From contig CAVPPF010000001.1 in assembly GCA_963707435.1 (NCBI GenBank), forward strand, positions 35,016 through 99,015: a stretch of DNA of 64,000 nucleotides. The letters run 5' to 3'. Each line of letters starts with the position of its first letter. Within the stretch, counting starts at the first letter, position 1. The DNA comes from an uncultured Actinomycetota bacterium. Its GTDB lineage: Bacteria; Actinomycetota; Acidimicrobiia; Spongiisociales; UBA4744. Positions 1 to 8,963 of the stretch are shown here, piece after piece. Both the position numbers and the translations under genes were made by a program. Under the pieces are notes generated by a model, which was not told where the DNA came from, did no database searches, and worked only from the letters and a program-made list of their open reading frames with translations.

Positions 1-1730
1 CCCTTGAAGCGGCTGACGTCGAGTTTCTTGCCGTTCAGCTCTTCCCGGAGCTGATCGAGTTCCTCATCGGACGAGAGGTAGTGGATGTCCTTGCCGGTTT
101 TCACTCGATAGAGCGGCGGCTGAGCGAAGTAGACATATCCGGCCTCGATGAGAGGCCGCATATGACGGAAAAAGAACGTCAGCAGCAGGGTACGGATGTG
201 AGCCCCGTCGACGTCGGCATCCGTCAGCAGGACCACCTTGTGGTAGCGGGCCTTCTCGATGTCGAATTCCTCGCCGATACTCGTCCCGATGGCGGTGATC
301 AGTGCCTGGATCTCCGTGTTCTGCAGCGCTTTGGCCAGGCGGGCCTTCTCAACGTTGATGATCTTGCCGCGGATGGGAAGAATCGCCTGGGTTTCGCTAT
401 TTCGGCCTTGCTTGGCGGGACCGGCCGCGCTGTCGCCCTCAACGATGAACAACTCGCTCACCGAAGCGTCGCGTGACGAGCAATCGGCGAGCTTGCCCGG
501 AAGGCTGGCGGACTCGAGCATGCTCTTGCGCCGGGTCAGCTCCCTTGCCTTGCGGGCTGCCAGCCTGGCCCGGGAGGCCATGAGGCTCTTGTCCGCAATG
601 GATCGTCCCTCACCGCCATACCGCTCCAGCCACTCCGGGAGGAGGCGATTGAGCGTCTTTTCCACATAGCCACGAATCTCGGTGTTGCCCAGTTTGGTCT
701 TCGTCTGCCCCTCGAATTGCGGGGCGCGGACCTTGACCGAAACCACGGCCGTCAAACCTTCTCGAACATCTTCTCCCGTGAGGTTGTCATCCTTCTCCTT
801 GAGAAGTCCTTTCGACCTCGCGAAGTCGTTGAGGGCCCTGGTCAACGACTTGCGGAACCCTTCTTCGTGCGTGCCGCCCTCATGGGTGTTGATGTTGTTG
901 GCGAAACTTAAAACCGTCTCGGTGTACGAGGAGGTCCACTGCATGGCAACCTCGACCTCGGCATCTTCGGTCTGATCGTCGAAGTAGATGATGTGGGGAT
1001 GCAGTGGATCCTTGGTGGCGTTGAGGTGCTTGATGTAGTCGATCAAGCCCCCCTTGTAGAGAAACGTCTCTTCAACCGGTTCTTCTTCTCGTTCGTCCAC
1101 GAGTCGGATCTCGAGACCACGATTGAGGAATGCCATTTCACGAAGCCGTGAGGTCACGGTGCTCAGGTCGAGCGACCGCGTCTCGACAAACGTCTTCGGC
1201 GACGGCCAATAGGTGATCGTGGTGCCGGTTCGTTTGGCGGGCTTACCCTTCTTGACGGGACCGAGGGGATGGCCTTCCTCGAAGATCTGCGTCCACTGGA
1301 ACCCGTCCCGTACGATCTCGGCTTCGAGGCGAGCCGACAGAGCATTGACGACCGAGACGCCGACACCGTGCAAACCGCCCGAGACCTGATAGGCGCCGGC
1401 TTCGAACTTCCCGCCTGCGTGCAGGGTGGTCAGCACCGTCGTCAACGCCGATTCCTTGGTCTTCTTGTGTTTGTCGACGGGGATCCCCCGACCGTTATCC
1501 CGTACCCGGACACTCTCGTCCGGACGGATGGTCACATCGATACGCGTACAGAACCCGGCCATGGCCTCGTCGACCGCGTTGTCCACGACTTCCCACAGGA
1601 GATGGTGGAGGCCCCGCGGGCCGGTTGAGCCGATGTACATACCCGGACGGCGGCGGACGGCCTCGAGGCCTTCGAGGACGGTGATATCGGCTGCCCCGTA
1701 CCTGTCAGAGGCGCGATTCGCAGTACTCAC
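1..1730 (-). CDS. gyrB: DNA gyrase subunit B, N-terminal ~576 codons; the 3' end runs off the left window edge
   Basis: Absent from the ORF track because it is open at the edge. My minus-strand translation from GTG 1730-1728 gives [40 protein letters not shown]. Near positions 1-300 it gives [38 protein letters not shown] (Toprim/GyrB signature). AAGGAG lies 4 nt upstream (1735-1740). Its position after recF and the DUF721 gene is typical. Confidence 0.95.
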   Translation of the reverse strand, partial: MSTANRASDRYGAADITVLEGLEAVRRRPGMYIGSTGPRGLHHLLWEVVDNAVDEAMAGFCTRIDVTIRPDESVRVRDNGRGIPVDKHKKTKESALTTVLTTLHAGGKFEAGAYQVSGGLHGVGVSVVNALSARLEAEIVRDGFQWTQIFEEGHPLGPVKKGKPAKRTGTTITYWPSPKTFVETRSLDLSTVTSRLREMAFLNRGLEIRLVDEREEEPVEETFLYKGGLIDYIKHLNATKDPLHPHIIYFDDQTEDAEVEVAMQWTSSYTETVLSFANNINTHEGGTHEEGFRKSLTRALNDFARSKGLLKEKDDNLTGEDVREGLTAVVSVKVRAPQFEGQTKTKLGNTEIRGYVEKTLNRLLPEWLERYGGEGRSIADKSLMASRARLAARKARELTRRKSMLESASLPGKLADCSSRDASVSELFIVEGDSAAGPAKQGRNSETQAILPIRGKIINVEKARLAKALQNTEIQALITAIGTSIGEEFDIEKARYHKVVLLTDADVDGAHIRTLLLTFFFRHMRPLIEAGYVYFAQPPLYRVKTGKDIHYLSSDEELDQLREELNGKKLDVSRFK

Positions 1731-1897
1731 AAAGCTCCTTCAAAAAGAAAACGGGCCGATAGCGAAACCACCCGACGAGTCTCGCCAGAGCCCTTGTTTA
1801 CACGAACGTAAGTATACCCGGTTGAGGGGGTATACCCAAGCTCTGAATACTCCGAAACACCAATGAATACAGCCTGTTCCAAATGCTTCGACCCTCG

Positions 1898-2209
1898 CTA
1901 GGCACGCCGGCCCGCCGGTGGCGGAGACTGCACTCGAACCGACCCTACGACCCCCTCGCCAAAACGCTCGTCGAGGCTGCGGAGGAGGTCCCCGACTGCG
2001 TAGCGGAGCAGGCTGACCGCCTGGGCAGCGTCTGCTTCGACGAGAAGTTCTCCGCCTTTGAGGAGCAGCGGCGCGGCATGCGACCGCCACGGTTCGGGAG
2101 CGAAGTCGTCCCAGTCCGCGACCAGGCTGAGCATCACATCGAGTCGTTCAACCCCGAGGTTCTTCAAGGCTTTGGCGACCAGGTCCCCCATGGCTTCGAG
2201 CCTGCTCAT
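1898..2209 (-). CDS. DUF721 / DciA-like small protein (103 aa)
   Basis: Track ORF. The ATG overlaps the recF stop (ATGA at 2206-2209). It lies between recF and gyrB, as Rv0004 does in M. tuberculosis. The pattern LLLKGGELLVEADAAQAVSLLRYAVGDLLRSLDERFG resembles the DUF721 core. Confidence 0.7.
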   Translation of the reverse strand: MSRLEAMGDLVAKALKNLGVERLDVMLSLVADWDDFAPEPWRSHAAPLLLKGGELLVEADAAQAVSLLRYAVGDLLRSLDERFGEGVVGSVRVQSPPPAGRRA

Positions 2210-3300
2210 CGGATACTCCCCGGTTCGACCACAAAGGTGCGGCCGTGGACGGGCACCTCCTCTTCGCGCGCCGTGGTGATGAAGGTCTGGGCCGGCGGCA
2301 GCATGCCCGCCAAAGCGTTGGCCCGGTTCATGTCCAGCTCGGAGAAAACGTCGTCGAGAAGCAGCAGGGCGGCTTCGCCGGTGGCCTCACTGATGGCTTC
2401 ATGCGAGGCCAGGCGCAGGCTCAAGGCCAGCGTTCGCTGCTCCCCTTGACTGGCCCGGGTCCTGGCGTCCCGACCCCCCACCGCAAACCAGGGTTCGTCT
2501 CGATGCGGTCCCATCGTCGTAACCCTCCGTTCGGTATCCGCCCGACGGCTCTCTTCGAGGGCCCCGGCGAGCTTTGCCGCCGTTTCCTCCACCGGTTGGG
2601 CCATAAGCGAGCCACCCCACTTCGAGGCGTAGCCCATCTCGACGCTCCTCCCGGACTCTGACAGGCCGGCGTAGGTCTCCGCAACGCGTTCCCGCAGAGC
2701 AGCAGCTGCGCCGGCCCGGCGCACCATCAGTTTGCCCGCCGCCTGTGACAGACGTTGATCCCAGACGGCCAGGGTGGGCCGATCGACCTCCCGGCCCGAC
2801 TGGCGCAGCAGCGAGTTGCGCTGACGCAGCGCTCGATCGTATTCCTGCTGGTCGAGGTAGGCCCCGGGCCAGAGTTGCACGGCGACCGAATCGAGGAAGT
2901 CCCGCCGGTAGGCAGGGCCACGCTTGACGATGTCGAGGTCGTCCGGCAGAAACATGACCGCCCGTACATGACCGAGGAGATCCGTTGACCGCGCCGGTCG
3001 CTGGCCGTTGACGCGCACCCGCCGCCGGCCGCTGCGCGGCAGCTCCAACTCGATGAGCGAGGTGCTCTCCACGTGACGCACTTCGCCCCGGATGACCGCC
3101 GCTTCGCTCTCATCGTTGATCAAGGCTTCGTCGGGCGCCCCCCGGAACGAGCGGAGCGAAGCGAGATACGCGGCGCCCTCGAGCAGGTTCGTTTTCCCCG
3201 CCCCGTTCGGACCAACCAGCACATTGATGGAAGGATGCGGTTCGATACGCAGTTCACGGTACGAGCGGAAGTCCCTGAGCTCCAGCCAGGAGAACTCCAT
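2206..3300 (-). CDS. recF: DNA replication and repair protein RecF
   Basis: N-terminal Walker A LVGPNGAGKTNLLEGAAYL and C-terminal SQGEQRTLALSLRLA...LLLLDDVFSELD (ABC signature / Walker B). It directly follows the dnaN stop. Confidence 0.95.
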   Translation of the reverse strand: MEFSWLELRDFRSYRELRIEPHPSINVLVGPNGAGKTNLLEGAAYLASLRSFRGAPDEALINDESEAAVIRGEVRHVESTSLIELELPRSGRRRVRVNGQRPARSTDLLGHVRAVMFLPDDLDIVKRGPAYRRDFLDSVAVQLWPGAYLDQQEYDRALRQRNSLLRQSGREVDRPTLAVWDQRLSQAAGKLMVRRAGAAAALRERVAETYAGLSESGRSVEMGYASKWGGSLMAQPVEETAAKLAGALEESRRADTERRVTTMGPHRDEPWFAVGGRDARTRASQGEQRTLALSLRLASHEAISEATGEAALLLLDDVFSELDMNRANALAGMLPPAQTFITTAREEEVPVHGRTFVVEPGSIR

Positions 3301-4386
3301 TCAGATTCGAACTGGCATCAACAGATAGGTGAACCGATCATCGTCAACGCCTCTGATCACGCTCGGCTTGAGTCCGTCGGTGACCTCGATCTGGACCTTC
3401 TCCGAATCGATGGCCGACACGCCGTCCGTGAGATACCGCGGGTTGAAGGCAATGGTGACATCCTCGGCTTCGCCCTCGAAATCACCGGGAATGTGTTCTG
3501 TTTCGCCGCCGACGTCCTGGCGCGTGACCGTCACCTCGACGCCGCCATCCATCAAGCGCAGTCGCACCGGGATGTGGTCCTCGGCTACGAGCGAAGCCCT
3601 TCCCAGAGCTTCGAGGAGGCCTTCCTTGGTCACAACCACACGATTGGGATAGGACTCGGGCAGGAGCTGTCGATAGTTCGGGAACGTTCCCTCGATGAGA
3701 CGGAGCGTCAGCGAACCCCGCGCCGAGCCAAAAACGGCCTCTCGCTGCTGAATCGAGAGCTGCATCTTGGCGGCGCCAACGGTCCGGCTCATTTCCCGGA
3801 GCCCGCGAGCGGGGACGAGGCCAGAATCTTTCAGGGCGACGCCGGGCAGTTTGCGAACCGCCAGCCGATACGAGTCGGTGGCGACCAATCGAACGCCCTC
3901 GTCGTCCTGCTCGAAGAGCACGCCCGTCAGGATGGGACGGGCGGAGTCAATAGAAGCTCCCACGGTGGCCTGGGCGATGGCTGCGATCAGCTCATCCCCG
4001 TCGGCGTCCACTGCCCCGGTGAAGTCGACCTCGCCGAGGTGGGGGAACTCGTCCACCGGCAGTTCCCGCAGGCTGAACCGAGGTCCGGCTCCCATGATCT
4101 CAACTTCTCCGTCGCCGGAGGAAACGGTGACTGCTCCGACCGGCATCTTCTTGATGGCCTCCGACGCCAGCCGGGCAGGGATCACGATGGAGCCCTCCTC
4201 CAGGACCTCTACTTCCGTGGTGGTCCTGACGGTCAACTCGAGATCGGTACCGGTGACCCGGAGATTGTTGCCCTGTACTTCGCACAAGACGCCTTGCAGG
4301 ATGGCCTGGGCAGGACGCACCCCGACTCCTCGATTGGCTCTCGAGAACACGTCGGCCAGGTCGTCTCTTTCAGCTCGAATCCGCAA
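3301..4386 (-). CDS. dnaN: DNA polymerase III beta sliding clamp
   Basis: 361 aa with a TTG start. MRIRAERDDLADVFSRANRGVGVRPAQAILQGVLCEVQGNNLRVTGTDLELTV matches the usual DnaN N-terminus. It ends ...YLLMPVRI, the typical C-terminus. It lies between dnaA and recF. Confidence 0.95.
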   Translation of the reverse strand: MRIRAERDDLADVFSRANRGVGVRPAQAILQGVLCEVQGNNLRVTGTDLELTVRTTTEVEVLEEGSIVIPARLASEAIKKMPVGAVTVSSGDGEVEIMGAGPRFSLRELPVDEFPHLGEVDFTGAVDADGDELIAAIAQATVGASIDSARPILTGVLFEQDDEGVRLVATDSYRLAVRKLPGVALKDSGLVPARGLREMSRTVGAAKMQLSIQQREAVFGSARGSLTLRLIEGTFPNYRQLLPESYPNRVVVTKEGLLEALGRASLVAEDHIPVRLRLMDGGVEVTVTRQDVGGETEHIPGDFEGEAEDVTIAFNPRYLTDGVSAIDSEKVQIEVTDGLKPSVIRGVDDDRFTYLLMPVRI

Positions 4387-4574
4387 GTTGTCCCATCCCT
4401 TCTGTTTCTATGTTTTTGTATCTAAACGGTAGTAGCTGTAGTAGGCCCTGTGGATTGGGGAGAACCCACCAAAAGGGCTGGTCACACCGTGTCCGGCCCG
4501 TCCACAGTACATGGGGACAGGTGCAGAGTTGTCTACGGCCTGCGCGAGTTCAGGGCAGTTCGGTGTGGACAAGG
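4387..4574. other. Candidate chromosomal origin (oriC) in the dnaA-dnaN spacer
   Basis: AT-rich block at 4397-4429. TAG TAG CTG TAG TAG at 4430-4444, then GCCC at 4445-4448. DnaA-box-like 9-mers: TGTGGATTG 4449-4457, CCGTCCACA 4498-4506, TTGTCTACG 4529-4537, TTGTCCCAT 4388-4396. A perfect TTGTCCACA is read on the minus strand at 4564-4572. Confidence 0.7.
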
Positions 4575-5948
4575 TCAGGTTTTCCTCAGCTGTTGGGAGA
4601 GGGCGGTGACTCGCTCAAAGACCTGGTGGTCGGTGAGCAAGAGGCGCTTCACCTTTTCGATCGCGTGCATGACGGTGGTGTGGTCCCGCCCGCCAAAGAG
4701 AGCACCGATCTTGGGGAGGGACAGGTCTGTTTGCTCACGACACACATACATCGCAACCTGGCGTGACAGGACGAGGGGCTGGCGCCGGCTGGGGCTGCGG
4801 AGGTCGTCGGCAGAGAACCCGAACGCTGCGGCCGTGGCATTGATGATGTCGTCGGCCGACACGGGACGCTGCGAAGCGGCGGGTACCAGATCCTGCAGGA
4901 CGTCCTGGGCCATCTCCAGGGTGATGCTCTGGTTGGTGAGAGCGGCGTACGCCGTGACGCGGGTCAGAGCGCCTTCGAGTTCCCGGATGTTGTCCTGAAC
5001 GTGCTCGCCGATGAAATGGAGCACTTCGGCACCAACCGGCTTCGGAGCGAACTCTGCGTTCTTGCGAAGGATCGCGATGCGGGTCTCCACGTCGGGCGGT
5101 TGAATGTCGGTGAGCAGGCCCCATTCGAACCGGCTCCGGAGGCGATCTTCAAGGGTGGCCAGGTGCTTGGGGTGCCGGTCGGAGCTGATCACCATCTGTT
5201 TGCCGGCCTCGTAGAGGTCGTTGAAGGTGTGGAAGAACTCCTCGAGGATTTGCTCCTTGCGCTCGAAGAACTGCACGTCGTCGAGAAGGAGAACGTCGGT
5301 TGTGCGGTATCGCGCTTTGAACTCGTCCATGCGTTTCTTGCGGATACCGTCGATGAACTCATTGAAGAAGTTCTCCGAGGACACGTAGCGCACAACGGCA
5401 GCCGGCCGAAGTTCGAGAGCATGGTGGCCCACGGCGTGAAGGAGGTGCGTCTTCCCCAGGCCGGCACCCCCATAGATGAAGAGGGGGTTGTAGTGCCCGC
5501 CGGGCTGCTCGGCGACGGCCATCGCCGCGGCGTGCGCAAACCGGTTTGACTGTCCTACGACGAAGTTCTCGAATGTGTATTTGGCCTGCAGGCGCCGTTC
5601 GGCCGCCCCCGGTTCGGGAGGACGGCTGTGGCCTTTGTCGATCGGCGGCCCTTCCTCCTCGTCCTCGAGGTCGGCATCGCGCAGCGCCAGGTCGGTGAGG
5701 TCGATATCGAAGAGCAGCTCGCTGCCGGGTCCAAAGGTCGCCAGGGCTGCCTCTTCGAGAACCGCCAGGTGCTTCTCACGAACCCACCGTAAGTGAAATT
5801 CGCTCGGTGCGGTGATGCTGACCGAACCATCGTTCGGTCGTACTCCAAGTGGAGCCAGCCAGGTTTGCCAGTTGACGGGGCTCACGCGGGATCGCACCGC
5901 GTTCCGGAAGTAATCAACTTCCCCCGTCAGCGACTGAGGTTCCGCCAC
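4575..5948 (-). CDS. dnaA: Chromosomal replication initiator DnaA
   Basis: 457 aa with a GTG start. AAA+ Walker A GGAGLGKTHLLHAVG, Walker B VLLLDDVQF, and C-terminal DNA-binding domain VMHAIEKV. Confidence 0.97.
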   Translation of the reverse strand: MAEPQSLTGEVDYFRNAVRSRVSPVNWQTWLAPLGVRPNDGSVSITAPSEFHLRWVREKHLAVLEEAALATFGPGSELLFDIDLTDLALRDADLEDEEEGPPIDKGHSRPPEPGAAERRLQAKYTFENFVVGQSNRFAHAAAMAVAEQPGGHYNPLFIYGGAGLGKTHLLHAVGHHALELRPAAVVRYVSSENFFNEFIDGIRKKRMDEFKARYRTTDVLLLDDVQFFERKEQILEEFFHTFNDLYEAGKQMVISSDRHPKHLATLEDRLRSRFEWGLLTDIQPPDVETRIAILRKNAEFAPKPVGAEVLHFIGEHVQDNIRELEGALTRVTAYAALTNQSITLEMAQDVLQDLVPAASQRPVSADDIINATAAAFGFSADDLRSPSRRQPLVLSRQVAMYVCREQTDLSLPKIGALFGGRDHTTVMHAIEKVKRLLLTDHQVFERVTALSQQLRKT

Positions 5949-5987
5949 GTGTCCCCTCCCGAGTCACTACGTCTGCTTCTCACATCT

Positions 5988-6020
5988 CTTTCCACAGACC
6001 TGTCCACAATGTGTGGAGAA
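5988..6020. promoter_or_regulatory. Three DnaA-box-like 9-mers just upstream of dnaA
   Basis: CTTTCCACA 5988-5996 and CTGTCCACA 6000-6008. TTCTCCACA is read on the minus strand at 6012-6020. The last two form a convergent pair 40-70 nt upstream of the dnaA GTG. Confidence 0.6.
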
Positions 6021-6380
6021 AACGGTCTCTGCGTTGGCCACTTCGGCCGGAGCGACCACAGCCGGATGACCTTCATCCGGGGGAAGTAGAGCCACTCCAG
6101 GGGGTGCCAACGGGGAGCGAGTATATGTCGTCGTCCGGAGCGCCACAAAAACGCGAAATGGGCCCTTACCGGCCTTTTCCGACGCTATGACGGATCAAGT
6201 TTACCCAGGTTGCGAGTCGTTTTCACCCGGCGGAGCACATGCCACAATGCCGTGCCGGCCCCCAAAACAAGGGCAAGACAGCTTTTCGCGTCCTAGGAAA
6301 AATCTTCGCGGGGTGCCTCCAGGGTGGTTGCTTCCCCACCGGTCGTAGTCCGCCGAACAGGTGAAAGGGCTTGCACGCCT

Positions 6381-6408
6381 TTGACAAGTGAACGGCCCGC
6401 TGTAACCT
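6381..6408 (+). promoter_or_regulatory. Possible housekeeping-type promoter of the rpmH operon
   Basis: TTGACA at 6381-6386, a 16-nt spacer, then TAACCT at 6403-6408, about 35 nt upstream of the rpmH ATG. This is a motif match only. Confidence 0.3.
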
Positions 6409-6442
6409 TTTCTCTCACCTCTACTTCGAAACCGGGGTCCCG

Positions 6443-6577
6443 ATGAAACGCACCTATCAACCCAACGTTCGGCGACGCAAGAGAAAGCATGGCTTTCGTA
6501 CCCGGATGCGTACTCGTTCCGGCCGGGCGATCCTGAAGCGCCGGCGTGCCAAAGGGCGGCAGCGTATCTCCGCCTAG
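6443..6577 (+). CDS. rpmH: 50S ribosomal protein L34
   Basis: Below the ORF-track size cutoff. My translation is [44 protein letters not shown] followed by TAG, the canonical L34 sequence. Confidence 0.97.
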   Translation: MKRTYQPNVRRRKRKHGFRTRMRTRSGRAILKRRRAKGRQRISA

Positions 6578-6911
6578 CGGCCGGCCGTACGCTTCCCTTC
6601 GTGGTCGTTCTGCCTTCCGGCGGGTCTTTCGGACAGGAAGACGCCTTCGTAGGGGCGGGGTGGTCGTTATCGTGGCATCGGGCGATCCGGGACCGCCGCG
6701 CGTTGGCGTGGTGGCCGGGAAGAAAAGGATAGGCGGCGCGGTACACCGCAACCGTGCGAAGCGTCGCCTGAGAGAAGCGCTCGCAGGTTTGCCCCTGCGA
6801 GACGGCCACGACTATGTGGTCATTGCTTCCTCGGCGGTGCTGACCGCGCCGTTCGACGAGATTGTGGGCTGGTTGCGAGCGGCGGTTGGTGAGGAGACAC
6901 CAGGTGGATGA
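6546..6911 (+). CDS. rnpA: Ribonuclease P protein component
   Basis: Contains [17 protein letters not shown]...[21 protein letters not shown] (the RNR motif region). It follows rpmH. GTG at 6546 is the only upstream in-frame start I see and overlaps rpmH by 32 nt, so the start is uncertain. Confidence 0.85.
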   Translation: MPKGGSVSPPSGRPYASLRGRSAFRRVFRTGRRLRRGGVVVIVASGDPGPPRVGVVAGKKRIGGAVHRNRAKRRLREALAGLPLRDGHDYVVIASSAVLTAPFDEIVGWLRAAVGEETPGG

Positions 6912-7167
6912 CTTCAAAGGAAGAAGAACCGGACCGGCAGCCTCATTGGGTCGCGCCCTCATTCGCACATACCAGAAAGCCTTTTCGCCCGTCCTGGGCA
7001 AGAACTGTCGCTACTCCCCCACCTGCTCCCAATATGCCTATGAGGCCATTGGGGCCTTCGGGTTGGTCCGGGGAACCTGGATGGGAATGAAGCGTATTGG
7101 CAGGTGCCATCCGCTCGCCGAGGGCGGATACGATCCGGTGCCTGCGACCTCACGGAAAGACCGCTGA
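6904..7167 (+). CDS. yidD: Membrane protein insertion efficiency factor YidD
   Basis: [52 protein letters not shown] is the YidD signature. GTG at 6904 overlaps the rnpA TGA. The track's longer start at 6862 is also possible. Confidence 0.85.
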   Translation: MDDFKGRRTGPAASLGRALIRTYQKAFSPVLGKNCRYSPTCSQYAYEAIGAFGLVRGTWMGMKRIGRCHPLAEGGYDPVPATSRKDR

Positions 7168-8021
7168 TGCTCGACACACTGGCCAGAATCATCGCCGTTC
7201 CGATGACGTTCTTCTACGAAATCATCCCCAACTACGGGCTTTCCATAATTTTCCTGACGCTGGTCGTGAACGTGCTGATGTTCCCGTTGACGCTCAAACA
7301 GACCCGTTCGACGAGGGCGATGACGGAGATTCAACCTGAAGTCAAGAAGCTCCAGAAGAAGTACAAGGACGATCAGGAGACTCTTCAGAAAGAGATGATG
7401 GCGCTCTACAAGGAAAAGGGCGTCAACCCGGCCGGCTGTCTCTTCCCCATGCTGATTCAGATGCCGATCTGGTTCGGCCTCTTCCGACTGCTGAGGGATC
7501 CGCTCAACGTTGGCACCGATGGAGCCGAGCGGGTCTCGTTCATTCCGCCGGATTCCAGTCTTTACCAGGCCCTGAGCACGACGCACCAGAAGTTCCTTGG
7601 GATGGATCTCAGCAGGTCGCCCAGCGAGATCGTGGGCGCCGACACGGGATTCGACCTAGGAACCGCGCTCCCCTATTTCCTGGCCGTTCTCATCGTCCTC
7701 GGCACCGCCTACTTCCAGCAATGGCAAACGACGCGGGGTCAGAAACAGGACAGCGACCAGGCGCGGCAGATGCAGATGGTCACCAAGATCATGCCTCTGA
7801 TGTTCGGCTTCTTTGCCTATACGTTCCCGGCCGGTTTGAACATCTACTTCATTACTGCCAACTTCTTTCGGATCGGCCAGCAGGCATTGATCTTCAAGAT
7901 GGACGGCCGTCCGACGCCGGCGCCGCGGGAGCCGGAGCCGGATGATTCGGTTGAACCACCGCCAAAACCGGTCTCACAGCCGGTCTCAGCTAAGAAGCGC
8001 AAACGGCGCAGGAGGAAGTGA
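7167..8021 (+). CDS. yidC: YidC/Oxa1 family membrane protein insertase
   Basis: ATG at 7167 overlaps the yidD TGA (TGATG). Multi-pass TM protein with LKQTRSTRAMTEIQPEVKKLQKKYKDDQETLQKEMMALYKEKGVNP and a basic C-tail KKRKRRRRK. Confidence 0.92.
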   Translation: MLDTLARIIAVPMTFFYEIIPNYGLSIIFLTLVVNVLMFPLTLKQTRSTRAMTEIQPEVKKLQKKYKDDQETLQKEMMALYKEKGVNPAGCLFPMLIQMPIWFGLFRLLRDPLNVGTDGAERVSFIPPDSSLYQALSTTHQKFLGMDLSRSPSEIVGADTGFDLGTALPYFLAVLIVLGTAYFQQWQTTRGQKQDSDQARQMQMVTKIMPLMFGFFAYTFPAGLNIYFITANFFRIGQQALIFKMDGRPTPAPREPEPDDSVEPPPKPVSQPVSAKKRKRRRRK

Positions 8022-8935
8022 CCGTGGAGTGGGTTGAAGTCAGAGGACCTTCCATTGACGTAGCCGTTGAGGCCGCGCTGGCAGAGTTGGGAATATCGTC
8101 TCGTGATGAGGTAGACGTCGAGGTGCTCCAGGAACCCGAGAAGGGTTTCCTGGGAATCGGCCGTACCGATGCCGTTGTTCGCGTCAAGCCCCGCCCCAAG
8201 AAGCGGCGCCGCACCCGTTCTGCCAAGGGCACCGGAGACCGGAAACCAGCCGCCGGTAGCCGCAAGAGCGGCGATCAGCGCAGCTCATCCGGCCAGGGCA
8301 GCGATCGATCGGGTCGGTCCGGGCAACGCCGCGATCAGCCGGCGAAGACCAACCAGGGCCAAAAAGAAGGGTCGTCTCGTCGCTCGACACCGTCTGGCAA
8401 GCAGCGAACCGAAGAACGGCAAGCCAAAGCCGGCGACGCCAAGACACCTGATCCACAACCAAGGGAGATAACCGTGAGCCGGGAAGAGCAGGCCAGTGTC
8501 GTGGCCGAATTCCTCGAGGGTCTGCTCAGTGCATTTGGCCTCGAGGGAACCGTTGAGACGCGCGTGGACGACGATATCATCTATGCAGACGTGGTGGGGA
8601 GCGAAACCGAGGCCCTGGTGGGGTCGAGAGGCGTGATCCTCCAATCCATTCACGAGTTGGCCAAGACTGTCGTGCAGCGGAAGACCCAGGAATCCGCCCG
8701 GATCCGGCTCGATATTGCCGGATATGCGGAACGCCGCCGCGAAGCCCTCAAGATCTACGCCCAGCGACTCGGCCAACAGGTACTGGACGAAGGCGGCGAA
8801 GTCATGGTTGAACCTATGAATGCTGCGGAGCGCAAGGTCATTCACGATACGATCGGCGAGATGGAAGGCGTCCGGACCTACTCAGAAGGGGAAGAGCCGC
8901 GCCGCTCTGTGGTGATCGCTGCCGAGGACTCGTAA
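8018..8935 (+). CDS. jag: Jag/KhpB-type RNA-binding protein (Jag_N, KH, R3H) with a long basic linker
   Basis: The N-terminus VEVRGPSIDVAVEAALAELGISSRDEVDVEVLQEPEKGFLGIG resembles Jag_N. The C-terminus has MNAAERKVIHDTIGEMEGVRTYSEGEEPRRSVVI (R3H). It follows yidC. Confidence 0.9.
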   Translation: MTVEWVEVRGPSIDVAVEAALAELGISSRDEVDVEVLQEPEKGFLGIGRTDAVVRVKPRPKKRRRTRSAKGTGDRKPAAGSRKSGDQRSSSGQGSDRSGRSGQRRDQPAKTNQGQKEGSSRRSTPSGKQRTEERQAKAGDAKTPDPQPREITVSREEQASVVAEFLEGLLSAFGLEGTVETRVDDDIIYADVVGSETEALVGSRGVILQSIHELAKTVVQRKTQESARIRLDIAGYAERRREALKIYAQRLGQQVLDEGGEVMVEPMNAAERKVIHDTIGEMEGVRTYSEGEEPRRSVVIAAEDS

Positions 8936-8947
8936 ACAACACCCTCG

Positions 8948-8963
8948 AGTTTCACGTGAAACA
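8948..8963. promoter_or_regulatory. parS centromere-like site
   Basis: AGTTTCACGTGAAACA matches 15 of 16 positions of the consensus TGTTTCACGTGAAACA. The inner 14 bp form a perfect palindrome. It overlaps the rsmG GTG at 8956. Confidence 0.85.

Noticed and set aside
1812-1835. GTATACCC...GGGTATAC inverted repeat upstream of gyrB
   Set aside because: It is an 8-bp stem in the recF/DUF721-gyrB spacer and may be a terminator or part of the gyrB control region. It is too short to be distinguished from chance.
3073-4425. 450-aa plus-strand ORF
   Set aside because: It is antisense to dnaN and the start of recF.
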